Positions 1-8,842 are shown, counted from the first letter of the stretch. The stretch is DNA of 24,000 bases from Leptolyngbyaceae cyanobacterium JSC-12 (GCA_000309945.1 CM001633.1:5049174-5073173); one strand, 5' to 3'. The notes: generated by a model from the letters alone, not told the origin. Numbers and translations: made by a program.

Positions 1-633
1 CTCATTTCCACCGCTTCTGTCTTTTGGATTTATCCAATTGGGCAGGGTAGCTTCTCGGATGGATTGCCGATGGGCATTAGTGGTACGTTCAACTTCATGT
101 TTGTATTCCAGGCAGAACATAACATCTTGATGCACCCCTTCCATATGTTGGGTGTGATTGGTGTGTTCGGTGGGTCATTATTCTGTGCAATGCATGGTAG
201 TTTAGTGACTTCTAGCCTGGTACGAGAAACCACCGAAGATGAATCAGCAAATAACGGCTACAAGTTTGGTCAAGAGGATGAAACCTATAACATTGTGGCC
301 GCTCACGGCTACTTTGGACGGTTAATCTTCCAATATGCCAGCTTCAACAATTCGCGATCGCTGCACTTCTTCCTGGGTGCATTTCCAGTCGTTTGCATCT
401 GGTGCACAGCACTTGGCATCTGCACCATGGGTTTCAACCTGAATGGCTTCAATTTCAATCAGTCCGTGTTAGATAGCCAGGGTAAGGTTGTCAATACCTG
501 GGCAGATGTGTTGAATCGAGCCAATTTGGGGTTTGAAGTCATGCATGAACGCAATGCCCATAACTTCCCACTCGATCTGGCAGGAGCAGACCCGATTCCA
601 GTAGCTTTGCGTGCCCCTGCGATTGCGAGTTAA
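1..633 (+). CDS. psbA: Photosystem II D1 protein, C-terminal ~210 aa (5' end lies outside the window). Probably the far-red paralog (psbA3) from cluster context.
   Basis: Frame 1 is open from base 1: ...[41 protein letters not shown]...SRSLHF...[29 protein letters not shown]. It keeps the Mn4CaO5 ligand positions (D170 in FSDG, E189 in [18 protein letters not shown] tail). This contrasts with the second psbA paralog at 7552. Confidence 0.9.
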   Translation, partial: LISTASVFWIYPIGQGSFSDGLPMGISGTFNFMFVFQAEHNILMHPFHMLGVIGVFGGSLFCAMHGSLVTSSLVRETTEDESANNGYKFGQEDETYNIVAAHGYFGRLIFQYASFNNSRSLHFFLGAFPVVCIWCTALGICTMGFNLNGFNFNQSVLDSQGKVVNTWADVLNRANLGFEVMHERNAHNFPLDLAGADPIPVALRAPAIAS

Positions 634-716
634 TCTGGCTGGCGTAGAGTGTGTCATTAAAACCGTTGGATTTCAATCAAAGTGTCTGAGATCGGATGTA
701 ACCGATTGTGTTAGTC

Positions 717-745
717 AGCGCTCTTCAAAATGGAGGGCGCTTTTT
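717..745 (+). terminator. Putative rho-independent terminator after psbA
   Basis: AGCGCTCTT (717-725) pairs with GAGGGCGCT (733-741): 9 bp including two G.U pairs, with a 7-nt loop. It is followed by a T run to 745. Confidence 0.45.
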
Positions 746-948
746 ACTAAAGGGTGGGTGTCGAAAGAGAATTTTAAGATTGCAGATTTTGGATTGCTGA
801 TCGACTGATTACCCCTCACCACCCTCAATCTTCACTCTCCACGTCCTTCCCCACTTTACTCATCCTCTGACTCCTGACTTCTGACTCCTCCCTATTTCTC
901 TTAACATTCAATTTCCCTTATGGATTGGTTAAGGAAACCCACCCATCA

Positions 949-971
949 TCTTTAGCAGTTCTTCATTTTTT
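949..971 (+). promoter_or_regulatory. Conserved 23-nt element TCTTTAGCAGTTCTTCATTTTTT, copy 1 (candidate psaA2-operon promoter/activator site)
   Basis: It is identical to 7441-7463. It contains TCTTTA and TCTTCA half-sites 11 nt apart. A -10-like TACTCT lies at 982-987, and a shared TCATC..CCTGAAT block follows at 989-1001. It sits 146 nt upstream of the psaA2 ATG. Confidence 0.5.
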
Positions 972-1094
972 CTAGTTATCCTACTCTGTCATCCCCTGAA
1001 TCTCTGATATCCCTTGCAGAGAACCAGTTAGGGGTTTCCTTCATACGTTTTTTCTGCCTTTCCTTGATTGTTTCACTTCATAAGGAGAGTCTAA

Positions 1095-3446
1095 ATGTCC
1101 ATCAGTCCTCCGGAACGAGGACAACGGGCAAGAGTTACGGTTGATCGCGATCCAGTCCCCACCTCATTTGAGCCGTGGGCAAAACCGGGTCATTTTGATC
1201 GCACCCTTGCACGCGGTCCTAAAACCACAACCTGGATTTGGAATCTGCATGCCAATGCTCATGATTTTGATTCCCACACCAGTGATTTAGAAGATGTTTC
1301 ACGAAAAATCTTTTCGGCTCACTTTGGGCACTTAGCGATTGTTTTTATCTGGCTTAGTGGCATGTACTTTCATGGTGCTAAGTTTTCTAATTTTGAAGCC
1401 TGGATGAGCAATCCAACCGACATCAGACCCAGTGCCCAGGTGGTTTGGCCGATTTTTGGTCAAGATATTCTAAATGCGGATGTGGGTGGCGGCTTTCACG
1501 GGATTCAAATCACATCTGGACTATTCCAAATGTGGCGTGCGGCTGGTTTTACAAACTCATTTCAACTGTATTGCACAGCAATCGGCGGGTTAGTGATGGC
1601 AGCCTTGATGCTGTTTGCAGGGTGGTTTCATTATCATAAGAGCGCACCCAAGCTGGAATGGTTCCGCAATTGGGAATCTATGATGAATCACCATCTGGCA
1701 GGTTTGCTGGGGTGTGGTGCACTGGGCTGGGCAGGTCACCAGATCCATGTTGCCCTACCCACTAATGAACTTCTGGATCGGGGTGTTGCACTCAAAGAGA
1801 TTCCCCTGCCGCATGAGTTCATTCTCAATAAACAGTTGATGGCAGATATTTATCCCAGTTTTGCCAAAGGGGTTGTCCCTTTCTTCACGCTCAACTGGGG
1901 AGCTTATAGCGATTTCCTGACTTTTAAGGGAGGGCTAAATCCGGTAACGGGTGGGCTTTGGTTAACGGATACAGCTCATCACCATGTGGCGATCGCAGTT
2001 CTGTTCATCATTGCAGGTCATTTTTATCGCACCAATTGGGGCATTGGGCACACGTTCAGAGAATTACTAGATGATGCTAGAACGCCAAAAATGTTCCCCT
2101 TATTTGGGTTTATTGGTCCAGTTGGGCACCAGGGGCTAGACAAAATCTTTGAAACCTCCTGGCATGCCAACCTGGCAATTCACCTGGTGCAATTTGGCAC
2201 TGCCAGTTTACTCGTGGCCCATCACATGTATGCCATGCCACCTTACCCCTATCTGGCAACAGACTATGCCACAGTCACTTCACTCTTCACCCATCATGTG
2301 TGGATTGCTGGCTTCTGTATTGTCGGTGGTGCAGCCCATGCCGCTATTTTCATGGTGCGGGATTACAATCCGGCAGATCATGTTAACAACGTGCTTGATC
2401 GCGTCTTGCGACACCGGGATGCCATTATTTCTCATCTTGCCTGGGTCTGCCAATTTTTGGGCTTCCACAGCTTTGCCATGTATTGCCACAACGATACAAT
2501 GCGAGCCTTTGGACGTCCCCAGGATATGTTCTCTGATACAGGCATTCAATTACAGCCTGTGTTTGCTCAGTGGATTCAGCACATTCATACAGCAGCCGTT
2601 GGTGCTGCCCAAACAGCCCAACCCTTAGGCAATGTGTTTGGGGGGCTGCGCAATATTGAACTCAGCGGTTTAGGTCAGACAGCTCCTCACATCATGGGTC
2701 CAGTGAGCCATGCCTGGGGAGGCGGCGTGGTTGCAGTCGCTGGTAAAGTTGCCATGATGCCCATCCCACTGGGTACTGCTGATTTCATGATTCACCACAT
2801 CCATGCCTTTACGATTCATGTCACCGTTTTAGTGCTGTTGAAAGGTGTCCTATTTGCCCGCAGTTCACGTCTCATCCCTGATAAAGCAAATCTGGGCTTC
2901 CGCTTCCCTTGCGACGGTCCTGGACGTGGAGGCACTTGTCAGGTCTCTGCCTGGGATCATGTCTTCCTCGGCTTGTTCTGGATGTACAACTCCCTGTCGA
3001 TGGTGATTTTCCACTTTTTCTGGAAGATGCAATCGGACGTATGGGGAACGGTTGCACCTGATGGGACGATCAACCACATCACAGGTGGAAACTTTGCTGT
3101 CTCTTCAATAACCAATAATGGTTGGCTACGAGACTTTCTGTGGGCGCAATCGACCCAGGTTATCACCTCCTACAATTCAGCATTGTCGGCATATGGTTTG
3201 CTATTCCTGGGTGGTCACTTTGTGTTTGGGTTTAGCCTGATGTTTTTGTTCAGTGGGCGGGGCTACTGGCAGGAATTGATTGAGTCGATTGTTTGGGCAC
3301 ATAACAAGCTGAGAATTACACCCACAATTCAACCGCGTGCCCTCAGTATCATTCATGGTCGGGCAGTGGGGGTAGCGCATTACTTACTGGGCGGCATTGT
3401 CACAACTTGGGCATTTTTCCTAGCTCGAACAGTAGCCCTGAGTTGA
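1095..3446 (+). CDS. psaA2: Photosystem I P700 apoprotein A1, far-red paralog (PsaA2)
   Basis: 783-aa ORF with an AAGGAG Shine-Dalgarno (SD) sequence upstream. It shows PsaA hallmarks ([23 protein letters not shown]) and the FX-binding loop [19 protein letters not shown]. It sits in the FaRLiP context next to chlF and apcE2. Confidence 0.95.
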   Translation: MSISPPERGQRARVTVDRDPVPTSFEPWAKPGHFDRTLARGPKTTTWIWNLHANAHDFDSHTSDLEDVSRKIFSAHFGHLAIVFIWLSGMYFHGAKFSNFEAWMSNPTDIRPSAQVVWPIFGQDILNADVGGGFHGIQITSGLFQMWRAAGFTNSFQLYCTAIGGLVMAALMLFAGWFHYHKSAPKLEWFRNWESMMNHHLAGLLGCGALGWAGHQIHVALPTNELLDRGVALKEIPLPHEFILNKQLMADIYPSFAKGVVPFFTLNWGAYSDFLTFKGGLNPVTGGLWLTDTAHHHVAIAVLFIIAGHFYRTNWGIGHTFRELLDDARTPKMFPLFGFIGPVGHQGLDKIFETSWHANLAIHLVQFGTASLLVAHHMYAMPPYPYLATDYATVTSLFTHHVWIAGFCIVGGAAHAAIFMVRDYNPADHVNNVLDRVLRHRDAIISHLAWVCQFLGFHSFAMYCHNDTMRAFGRPQDMFSDTGIQLQPVFAQWIQHIHTAAVGAAQTAQPLGNVFGGLRNIELSGLGQTAPHIMGPVSHAWGGGVVAVAGKVAMMPIPLGTADFMIHHIHAFTIHVTVLVLLKGVLFARSSRLIPDKANLGFRFPCDGPGRGGTCQVSAWDHVFLGLFWMYNSLSMVIFHFFWKMQSDVWGTVAPDGTINHITGGNFAVSSITNNGWLRDFLWAQSTQVITSYNSALSAYGLLFLGGHFVFGFSLMFLFSGRGYWQELIESIVWAHNKLRITPTIQPRALSIIHGRAVGVAHYLLGGIVTTWAFFLARTVALS

Positions 3447-3481
3447 CAGGCCCCATCGCAAAACTCAAACCGGTATGAATT

Positions 3482-5713
3482 ATGGCAACTAAATTTCCTA
3501 AATTTAGCCAAGATTTGGCAAGTGATCCGACGACACGGCGACTCTTTTATGCGATCGCCACAGCACACGATTTTGAAAGTCATGATGGCATGACGGAAGA
3601 GAATCTGTATCAACGGATTTTCGCCTCTCATTTTGGACATCTGGCAATTATTTTTCTGTGGGCATCTGGTGTTCTATTTCACGTAGCATGGCAGGGAAAC
3701 TTTGAGCAATGGATCAAAGATCCACTGACGGTCAGACCCATTGCCCATGCCATTTGGGATGCTCAGTTTGGTCCACCTGCGATCGAAGCATATACTCAAG
3801 CTGGTGCTCGTAACCCAGTCGATATCTGCTATTCCGGCGTATATCACTGGTGGTATACCATTGGGATGCGAACCACGAATGATTTGTTTGTGGGTTCCAT
3901 CTTTTTGATTTTCCTGGCATCACTGTTTTTATTTGCTGGGTGGCTCCATCTCCAACCCCGCTTCCGTCCCAATCTGGGTTGGTTCAAAAATGCAGAATCC
4001 CGCTTAAACCATCACCTGGCTGGATTGTTTGGGGTGAGTTCCCTCGCATGGACAGGACACCTGGTACATGTTGCCATTCCTGAATCACGGGGGCAGCATG
4101 TGGGTTGGGATAATTTTTTGTCTGTGCTACCCCATCCCCAAGGGTTAACACCCTTCTTTACGGGAAATTGGATGGCATATGCGGCTAATCCTGATACGCC
4201 CAATCATATTTTTGGCACTTCTCAGGGAGCAGGCACAGCTATCCTCACTTTCCTGGGTGGTTTCCATCCCCAAACAGAATCACTCTGGCTGACGGATATG
4301 GCGCATCACCATCTGGCGATCGCAGTCATTTTCATCATTGCTGGGCATATGTATCGCACCAACTGGGGCATTGGGCATAACATTAAAGAAATGCTAGAAG
4401 CCTTGCATGGACCAGGCTGGAAAGGCTTTTTCATCGCTCCCAGAACTGGACGTGGGCATCAGGGCATTTACGATACCTACAACAACTCATTGCACTTCCA
4501 ACTCGGTTGGCACCTGGCATGTTTAGGCGTGGTGACCTCACTCGTCGCACAGCATATGTATTCCATGCCACCCTATGCCTTCATCTCCAAAGATTTCACC
4601 ACAATGTCAGCGCTATATACTCACCATCAATACATTGCAGGATTTTTGATGGTTGGCGCATTCTCTCATGGTGCAATTTTCCTGGTGCGAGACTATGATC
4701 CTGAATTAAATCGGGATAATGTGCTGGCACGAATGCTAGATCATAAGGAAGCGCTGATTTCCCACTTGAGCTGGGCATCACTGTTCCTAGGTTTTCATAC
4801 CCTCGGTCTTTATGTCCACAATGATGTAGAAGTTGCTTTTGGTTCCGCAGATAAGCAAATTTTAATTGAGCCAGTTTTTGCTCAGTTTATTCAAGCCTCT
4901 CATGGTAAGTTGTTGTACGGGTTTAACACCTTGTTATCTAACCCAGATAGTGTGGCAACAACTGCCTGGCCCAACTATGGCAACGTCTGGCTGCCAGGCT
5001 GGTTAGATGCAGTTAACAATGGCACTAACTCGCTATTCTTGACGATTGGACCTGGCGACTTTTTAGTGCATCATGCGATCGCGCTAGGGTTGCATGTTAC
5101 CACCCTGATTCTGGTGAAAGGAGCCCTTGATGCCAGAGGTTCCAAGCTCATGCCCGATAAAAAAGACTTTGGGTATTCTTTCCCCTGTGATGGTCCTGGA
5201 CGAGGCGGCACCTGCGATATTTCTGCCTGGGATGCGTCTTACCTAGCAGTTTTCTGGATGCTGAATACTCTAGGTTGGATTACCTTCTACTGGCACTGGA
5301 AGCATTTAGCCATCTGGTCAGGCAATGTTGCCCAGTTCAATGAAGGCTCTACCTACCTGATGGGCTGGTTCCGAGACTACCTCTGGCTCTACTCTGGTCC
5401 CTTAGTCAATGGCTACAATCCCTTTGGTACTAGCAGTTTAGCTGTTTGGTCGTGGATGTTCTTGTTTGGTCACCTTGCCTGGGCAGTTAGCTTTATGTTC
5501 CTGATTACCTGGCGCGGCTACTGGCAAGAACTGATCGAAACCTTGCTCTGGGCACATGAGAACACCCCATTATCATTTGGCTACCCCAAAGATAAACCTG
5601 TTGCGTTGTCAATTGTGCAGGCTCGCCTGGTTGGGCTAACCCATTTTACGGTCGGGTATATCGCAACCTATGGTGCGTTTTTGATTGGCGCAACTGCTAG
5701 TAAGTTTGGGTAG
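3482..5713 (+). CDS. psaB2: Photosystem I P700 apoprotein A2, far-red paralog (PsaB2)
   Basis: 743-aa ORF starting 35 nt after psaA2: [20 protein letters not shown]..., [14 protein letters not shown], and FX loop [18 protein letters not shown]. Confidence 0.95.
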   Translation: MATKFPKFSQDLASDPTTRRLFYAIATAHDFESHDGMTEENLYQRIFASHFGHLAIIFLWASGVLFHVAWQGNFEQWIKDPLTVRPIAHAIWDAQFGPPAIEAYTQAGARNPVDICYSGVYHWWYTIGMRTTNDLFVGSIFLIFLASLFLFAGWLHLQPRFRPNLGWFKNAESRLNHHLAGLFGVSSLAWTGHLVHVAIPESRGQHVGWDNFLSVLPHPQGLTPFFTGNWMAYAANPDTPNHIFGTSQGAGTAILTFLGGFHPQTESLWLTDMAHHHLAIAVIFIIAGHMYRTNWGIGHNIKEMLEALHGPGWKGFFIAPRTGRGHQGIYDTYNNSLHFQLGWHLACLGVVTSLVAQHMYSMPPYAFISKDFTTMSALYTHHQYIAGFLMVGAFSHGAIFLVRDYDPELNRDNVLARMLDHKEALISHLSWASLFLGFHTLGLYVHNDVEVAFGSADKQILIEPVFAQFIQASHGKLLYGFNTLLSNPDSVATTAWPNYGNVWLPGWLDAVNNGTNSLFLTIGPGDFLVHHAIALGLHVTTLILVKGALDARGSKLMPDKKDFGYSFPCDGPGRGGTCDISAWDASYLAVFWMLNTLGWITFYWHWKHLAIWSGNVAQFNEGSTYLMGWFRDYLWLYSGPLVNGYNPFGTSSLAVWSWMFLFGHLAWAVSFMFLITWRGYWQELIETLLWAHENTPLSFGYPKDKPVALSIVQARLVGLTHFTVGYIATYGAFLIGATASKFG

Positions 5714-5772
5714 CGTTGCATCAAGTTTGGCTAGCGAATGCAGAGACTCTCCTCTCTCAGTAACTAGCTAAT

Positions 5773-5803
5773 AGTCCTGGTGCCATCACTGGGACTTTTC
5801 TTA
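5773..5803 (+). other. Weak stem-loop plus T-rich run between psaB2 and psaL2 (possible partial terminator)
   Basis: AGTCC..GTG / CAC..GGACT form an imperfect stem (5773-5796), followed by TTTTCTT. Confidence 0.25.
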
Positions 5804-5826
5804 TCTTCTATTGCAGGATATTGATT

Positions 5827-6342
5827 ATGAGCTATACCGATGATACTGATTGGGTGAAACCCTACAAAGGTGATCCGTTTTTAGGAAACTTATCAACTCC
5901 AGTCAACGACTCGCCCTTAGTCCGAGCCTTTATCAGAAACCTCCCTGCCTACCGTCCTGGCTTGACTCCATTCATGCGTGGGCTAGAAATCGGCATGGCG
6001 CATGGGTACTTCTTGATTGGACCTGAAATTGTGGTTGGCCCCTTGCGCGAAACAGCCCATGGAGCAAATTTAAGTGGTTTAATTACAGCCATTTATATTG
6101 CAGTGCTGGCATGTTTGGGAATTTCATTATTTGCTCTTACAACCTTTCAAGGAAATCCCAAAGGGGCATACAGTCGCTATTCTCAGGATGATCTAAGACC
6201 ATTGAGAACGAAGGAAGAATGGTTCCAGCTTAATGGTGGCGTTTTCTTAGGAGCAATGGGCGGAGCTATTTTTGCCTATCTCTTGTTAGAAAACTTTGGC
6301 GATCTGGATGCAATGTTACGTGGAGCCGTGAATATCAATTAG
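5827..6342 (+). CDS. psaL2: Photosystem I subunit XI, far-red paralog (PsaL2)
   Basis: PsaL-like sequence: VKPYKGDPFLGNLSTPVNDSPLVRAFIRNLPAYRPGLTPFMRGLEIGMAHGYFLIGP. The ATG at 5827 is preferred over the TTG at 5821 given in the ORF track. Confidence 0.85.
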   Translation: MSYTDDTDWVKPYKGDPFLGNLSTPVNDSPLVRAFIRNLPAYRPGLTPFMRGLEIGMAHGYFLIGPEIVVGPLRETAHGANLSGLITAIYIAVLACLGISLFALTTFQGNPKGAYSRYSQDDLRPLRTKEEWFQLNGGVFLGAMGGAIFAYLLLENFGDLDAMLRGAVNIN

Positions 6343-6358
6343 TCATTCCATACAATCA

Positions 6359-6392
6359 AGTTTGTTATAGAGATAGATAGCTATAGCAAACT
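6359..6392 (+). other. Intercistronic stem-loop between psaL2 and psaI2
   Basis: AGTTTGTTATAG (6359-6370) pairs with CTATAGCAAACT (6381-6392): 12 bp including one G.U, with a 10-nt loop AGATAGATAG. Confidence 0.45.
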
Positions 6393-6433
6393 CGATGTTT
6401 CACAATTCAGTCATACGAATTTGGAGATTGATT

Positions 6434-6589
6434 ATGGTAGATATGTCTCAGTTAACGGGTGCCTATTCAGCCTCATGGCTACCGTGGATTATGATTCCGC
6501 TAATTTTTTATATTTTGCCGTTTCCGGTAATTGCGATCGTGTTTCTCTGGATAGAAAAAGAAGCTAATGGAGAAGAAACTCAAACGTAA
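6434..6589 (+). CDS. psaI2: Photosystem I subunit VIII, far-red paralog (PsaI2)
   Basis: 51-aa product MVDMSQLTGAYSASWLPWIMIPLIFYILPFPVIAIVFLWIEKE... matches the PsaI single-helix pattern (SxLPxIxIP...). A GGAGA SD lies at 6423-6427. The upstream ATG at 6395 has no SD and adds non-PsaI residues. Confidence 0.75.
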   Translation: MVDMSQLTGAYSASWLPWIMIPLIFYILPFPVIAIVFLWIEKEANGEETQT

Positions 6590-6604
6590 GATTAGTCACA
6601 AGTG

Positions 6605-6653
6605 ATTAGTCATTGGTCATTGGTCATTAGTCATTAGTCATTGGTTATTGGTT
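6605..6653. repeat. STRR-type heptanucleotide tandem repeat (ATTRGTY x7)
   Basis: The copies are ATTAGTC, ATTGGTC, ATTGGTC, ATTAGTC, ATTAGTC, ATTGGTT, ATTGGTT. The unit contains TTGGTCA, the STRR2 unit described in heterocystous cyanobacteria. An extra degenerate copy lies at 6591-6597, and partially complementary sequence (AATGACCAGTGAC) lies at 6657-6685. Confidence 0.85.
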
Positions 6654-6730
6654 CAAAACCAAGTGACAATGACCAGTGACAAAGTAACAGCATGGATAAT
6701 TCACAATCTTGGACAGTGGAGAAGCTGAGT

Positions 6731-7240
6731 ATGCAAGATACATTAACGCGGGTGATTAATCGCTATGATGTGACCGATCGCTTTCTGGATAACGCTGCGA
6801 TCGCGACCCTTACTGAATTCTTAGAAACTGGCAGTCTGCGAGTTCAGGTGGTTGCTGTAATCAACGCTAATGCCGTTGAAATCGTTCGAGAATCCGCCAG
6901 ACAACTGTTTGAGGAACTGCCCTATTTAATTCAACCTGGTGGTAATGCTTATACCACCCGCCGCCATAGTATGTACTTGCGGGACATGGATTATTTCCTA
7001 CGCTACTCCTCCTACGCGCTGTTGACTGGGGATACTAGCATTCTAGATGAGCGCTTGTTGGCTGGATTAAAAGACACCTTTAACTCCCTTGGAATCCCAC
7101 TTGGGGTAACGGCTCGTAGCGTTCAACTGATGAAAGAGCGAACCCATCAAAAACTGATAGAAGCTCAATTAGGCAATCCTGCGTTTGTTGATGAGCCATT
7201 TGATTACATCATCCGAGCCTTAAGTGAACGTAACGTTTAG
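6731..7240 (+). CDS. Allophycocyanin beta-18 (ApcF)-like phycobiliprotein paralog with no cysteine
   Basis: The 169-aa product starts MQDTLTRVINRYDVTDRFLD. The stretch ...FEELPYLIQPGGNAYTTRRHSMYLRDMDYFLRYSSYAL...FVDEPFDYIIRALSERNV is ApcF-like in both motifs and length. The canonical bilin-attachment Cys (..RRYAACLRDMDY..) is Tyr here (codon TAC at 6974-6976), and the protein contains no Cys at all. A GGAGAAG SD precedes the ATG at 6731. Confidence 0.85.
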   Translation: MQDTLTRVINRYDVTDRFLDNAAIATLTEFLETGSLRVQVVAVINANAVEIVRESARQLFEELPYLIQPGGNAYTTRRHSMYLRDMDYFLRYSSYALLTGDTSILDERLLAGLKDTFNSLGIPLGVTARSVQLMKERTHQKLIEAQLGNPAFVDEPFDYIIRALSERNV

Positions 7241-7326
7241 ACCAGTAATTTTTGCTTGAGACAGTGGCATTCTGCTCAAGGTAGGGGATGCATATTAGGT
7301 GTGCTAAGTATCAATAAAATCGCGGT

Positions 7327-7360
7327 AGGGGCGTTGCCAACTAACGTCCCTTTTTTATTT
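7327..7360 (+). terminator. Rho-independent terminator ending the psaA2...apcF-like operon
   Basis: AGGGGCGTT (7327-7335) pairs with AACGTCCCT (7343-7351): 9 bp including one G.U, with a 7-nt loop. It is followed by TTTTTTATTT. Confidence 0.7.
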
Positions 7361-7440
7361 GAATTCTTACGTTTATTCATCAAATTCAAGGATTTTTTCT
7401 ACCTGATTTTTACAAATCTAAAATTGGATATTGATACGAT

Positions 7441-7463
7441 TCTTTAGCAGTTCTTCATTTTTT
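7441..7463 (+). promoter_or_regulatory. Conserved 23-nt element TCTTTAGCAGTTCTTCATTTTTT, copy 2 (candidate chlF promoter/activator site)
   Basis: It is identical to 949-971. A -10-like TACAAT lies at 7475-7480, at the same offset as TACTCT in copy 1. The shared TCATC..CCTGAAT block lies at 7481-7494. It sits 111 nt upstream of the chlF ATG. Confidence 0.5.
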
Positions 7464-7551
7464 TGATTTACTCTTACAATTCATCAGCCTGAATGCTGAA
7501 ACTCCATATCCTGTATTAGTCAGGTGAATACTGTAAGGAGAATTGAATTGC

Positions 7552-8700
7552 ATGTCACAGTCCAGCAGTGAGATTGTGTCTGGTCGTGATTCCGCTCACC
7601 CGACAACAATTACAAGCCCTTTATCAAACCGAAAAACGCTCTCTCAGGTCTGGCAGCAGTTTTGCCAGTGGGTCACCAGTACCGATAATCGTCTTTATAT
7701 CGGGTGGTTTGGGGTGTTAATGATTCCAACCCTGGCAACTGCTGCTATTACATTTATTATCGCGTTTATTGCTGCGCCACCTGTTGACACAACTGGAACT
7801 GGTGCTCCGATCGCTGGTTCCTTATTAGATGGCAATAATCTAATGACGGCGGCGGTTGTTCCAACTTCTGCCGCGATCGGGCTACACTTTTACCCTATTT
7901 GGGCAGCTGCTTCAGTCGATGAGTGGTTATATAACGGTGGTCCCTACCAACTGATTGTGTTGCACTTTGTCATTGGCATTATCTGTTATCAAGACCGGGA
8001 ATGGGAGTTGAGCTATCGTTTGGGAATGCGTCCCTGGATTTCTCTTGCCTTCACAGCTCCTGTTGCAGCAGCATTATCGGTACTATTGATTTACCCGATT
8101 GGGCAGGGTGGTTTTTCGGCAGGAATGCCGTTAGGAATTTCTGGAACCTTCACATTCATGATGCAGTTTCAGGCAGACCATAACATTCTCATGAGTCCAC
8201 TTCACCAACTTGGAGTGGTGGGCGTTGTTGGAGGCGCTTTCTGTTGCGCAATGCATGGCTCATTAGTAACTTCAACGCTGGTTCGTAAAACGGGTGAAAA
8301 TGAATCGATTAATGCAGGGTATCGTTTTGGGCAAAAAGAAGCGACCTACCGCTTTGATGTTGCCCAAACCTACCAACATCGTACCTGGGGACGGTTTTTG
8401 ACATTTCCTAACTCGCGATCGCTCCACTTTATGTTAGCAGCGATTCCCGTAGCAGGTATCTGGTCAGCCGCTTTAGGAGTCGATATTTCTGGACTAAATT
8501 TTCACCGACTCAACCTGAGCCAACCTGATCTTTACAGCAATCGTCGAATTATACAAACCTGGGCAGATCGAGTCACTCAAATTAATGTAGGACTGCAATC
8601 TGTCAGTGAGTCGCGTTCTCAAGAGCTTTTACTGGAAAGCCAACGCCCTCTACCAATGGACTGGGTTGCCGGTGACTCAGTGCCAGTAACCTTTCGATAA
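7552..8700 (+). CDS. chlF: Chlorophyll f synthase (super-rogue D1 paralog, PsbA4/ChlF)
   Basis: It is D1-like over TM helices 1-5, but D170 is Ala ([10 protein letters not shown]), E189 is Asp (QADHN), and the whole [14 protein letters not shown]-terminal ligand region is replaced by unrelated sequence. The diagnostic QD motif is present ([19 protein letters not shown] versus D1 CYMGREWELS). Y161, H198, H215 and SRSLHF are retained. The ATG at 7552 follows an AAGGAG SD. Confidence 0.9.
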   Translation: MSQSSSEIVSGRDSAHPTTITSPLSNRKTLSQVWQQFCQWVTSTDNRLYIGWFGVLMIPTLATAAITFIIAFIAAPPVDTTGTGAPIAGSLLDGNNLMTAAVVPTSAAIGLHFYPIWAAASVDEWLYNGGPYQLIVLHFVIGIICYQDREWELSYRLGMRPWISLAFTAPVAAALSVLLIYPIGQGGFSAGMPLGISGTFTFMMQFQADHNILMSPLHQLGVVGVVGGAFCCAMHGSLVTSTLVRKTGENESINAGYRFGQKEATYRFDVAQTYQHRTWGRFLTFPNSRSLHFMLAAIPVAGIWSAALGVDISGLNFHRLNLSQPDLYSNRRIIQTWADRVTQINVGLQSVSESRSQELLLESQRPLPMDWVAGDSVPVTFR

Positions 8701-8705
8701 AAAAC

Positions 8706-8731
8706 GAGAACGTCAGCTTGCTGACATTCTC
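8706..8731 (+). other. Stem-loop immediately 3' of chlF (no U-tract)
   Basis: GAGAACGTCAGC (8706-8717) pairs with GCTGACATTCTC (8720-8731), near-perfect with one C/A mismatch. It starts 6 nt after the chlF stop codon. Confidence 0.45.
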
Positions 8732-8747
8732 ATGAGATGGGCAATTT

Positions 8748-8772
8748 TGCCCAAGTAGATTGCCAAGTAGAT
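8748..8772 (+). repeat. Tandem direct repeat TGCC(C)AAGTAGAT x2 upstream of apcD5
   Basis: TGCCCAAGTAGAT (8748-8760) is directly followed by TGCCAAGTAGAT (8761-8772). The pair lies 71-95 nt upstream of the ATG at 8843. Confidence 0.6.
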
Positions 8773-8842
8773 AGGGAAACTATCGGTTGTTCAATCCTTG
8801 TTTCTAGATTTGATCAATTCATCAATTTCAGGAGAAAAACGG

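Noticed and set aside
611-808. 65-aa ORF downstream of psbA, and the 63-aa ORF at 7256-7447
   Set aside because: Both span predicted terminator hairpins and promoter regions, lack an SD and show no protein-like features. They are more parsimoniously intergenic.
931-1041. 10-bp inverted repeat AAGGAAACCC (931-940) / GGGTTTCCTT (1032-1041) bracketing the psaA2 promoter element
   Set aside because: By a rough estimate, one 10-bp inverted repeat somewhere in a 460-bp spacer has about a 10% chance expectation. There is no counterpart around the chlF copy. It is noted but not claimed.
2149-2628. 159-aa ORF (+) and 89-aa ORF (-, 2280-2549) nested inside psaA2. Similar nested or antisense ORFs occur in psaA2/psaB2 (1445-1639, 2865-3166, 3380-3640, 3732-4203, 4507-4781).
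   Set aside because: They lie entirely within strongly supported PsaA/PsaB reading frames. Their translations are low-complexity or Cys/Trp-rich with no recognisable motifs. These are typical shadow ORFs.
6591-6690. Possible CRISPR array or mobile-element terminal repeats at the heptamer arrays (also 16245-16325)
   Set aside because: The repeat unit is 7 nt with no spacers, there are no cas genes, and no transposase, integrase or target-site duplication is seen anywhere in the window. These are STRR-type simple repeats.
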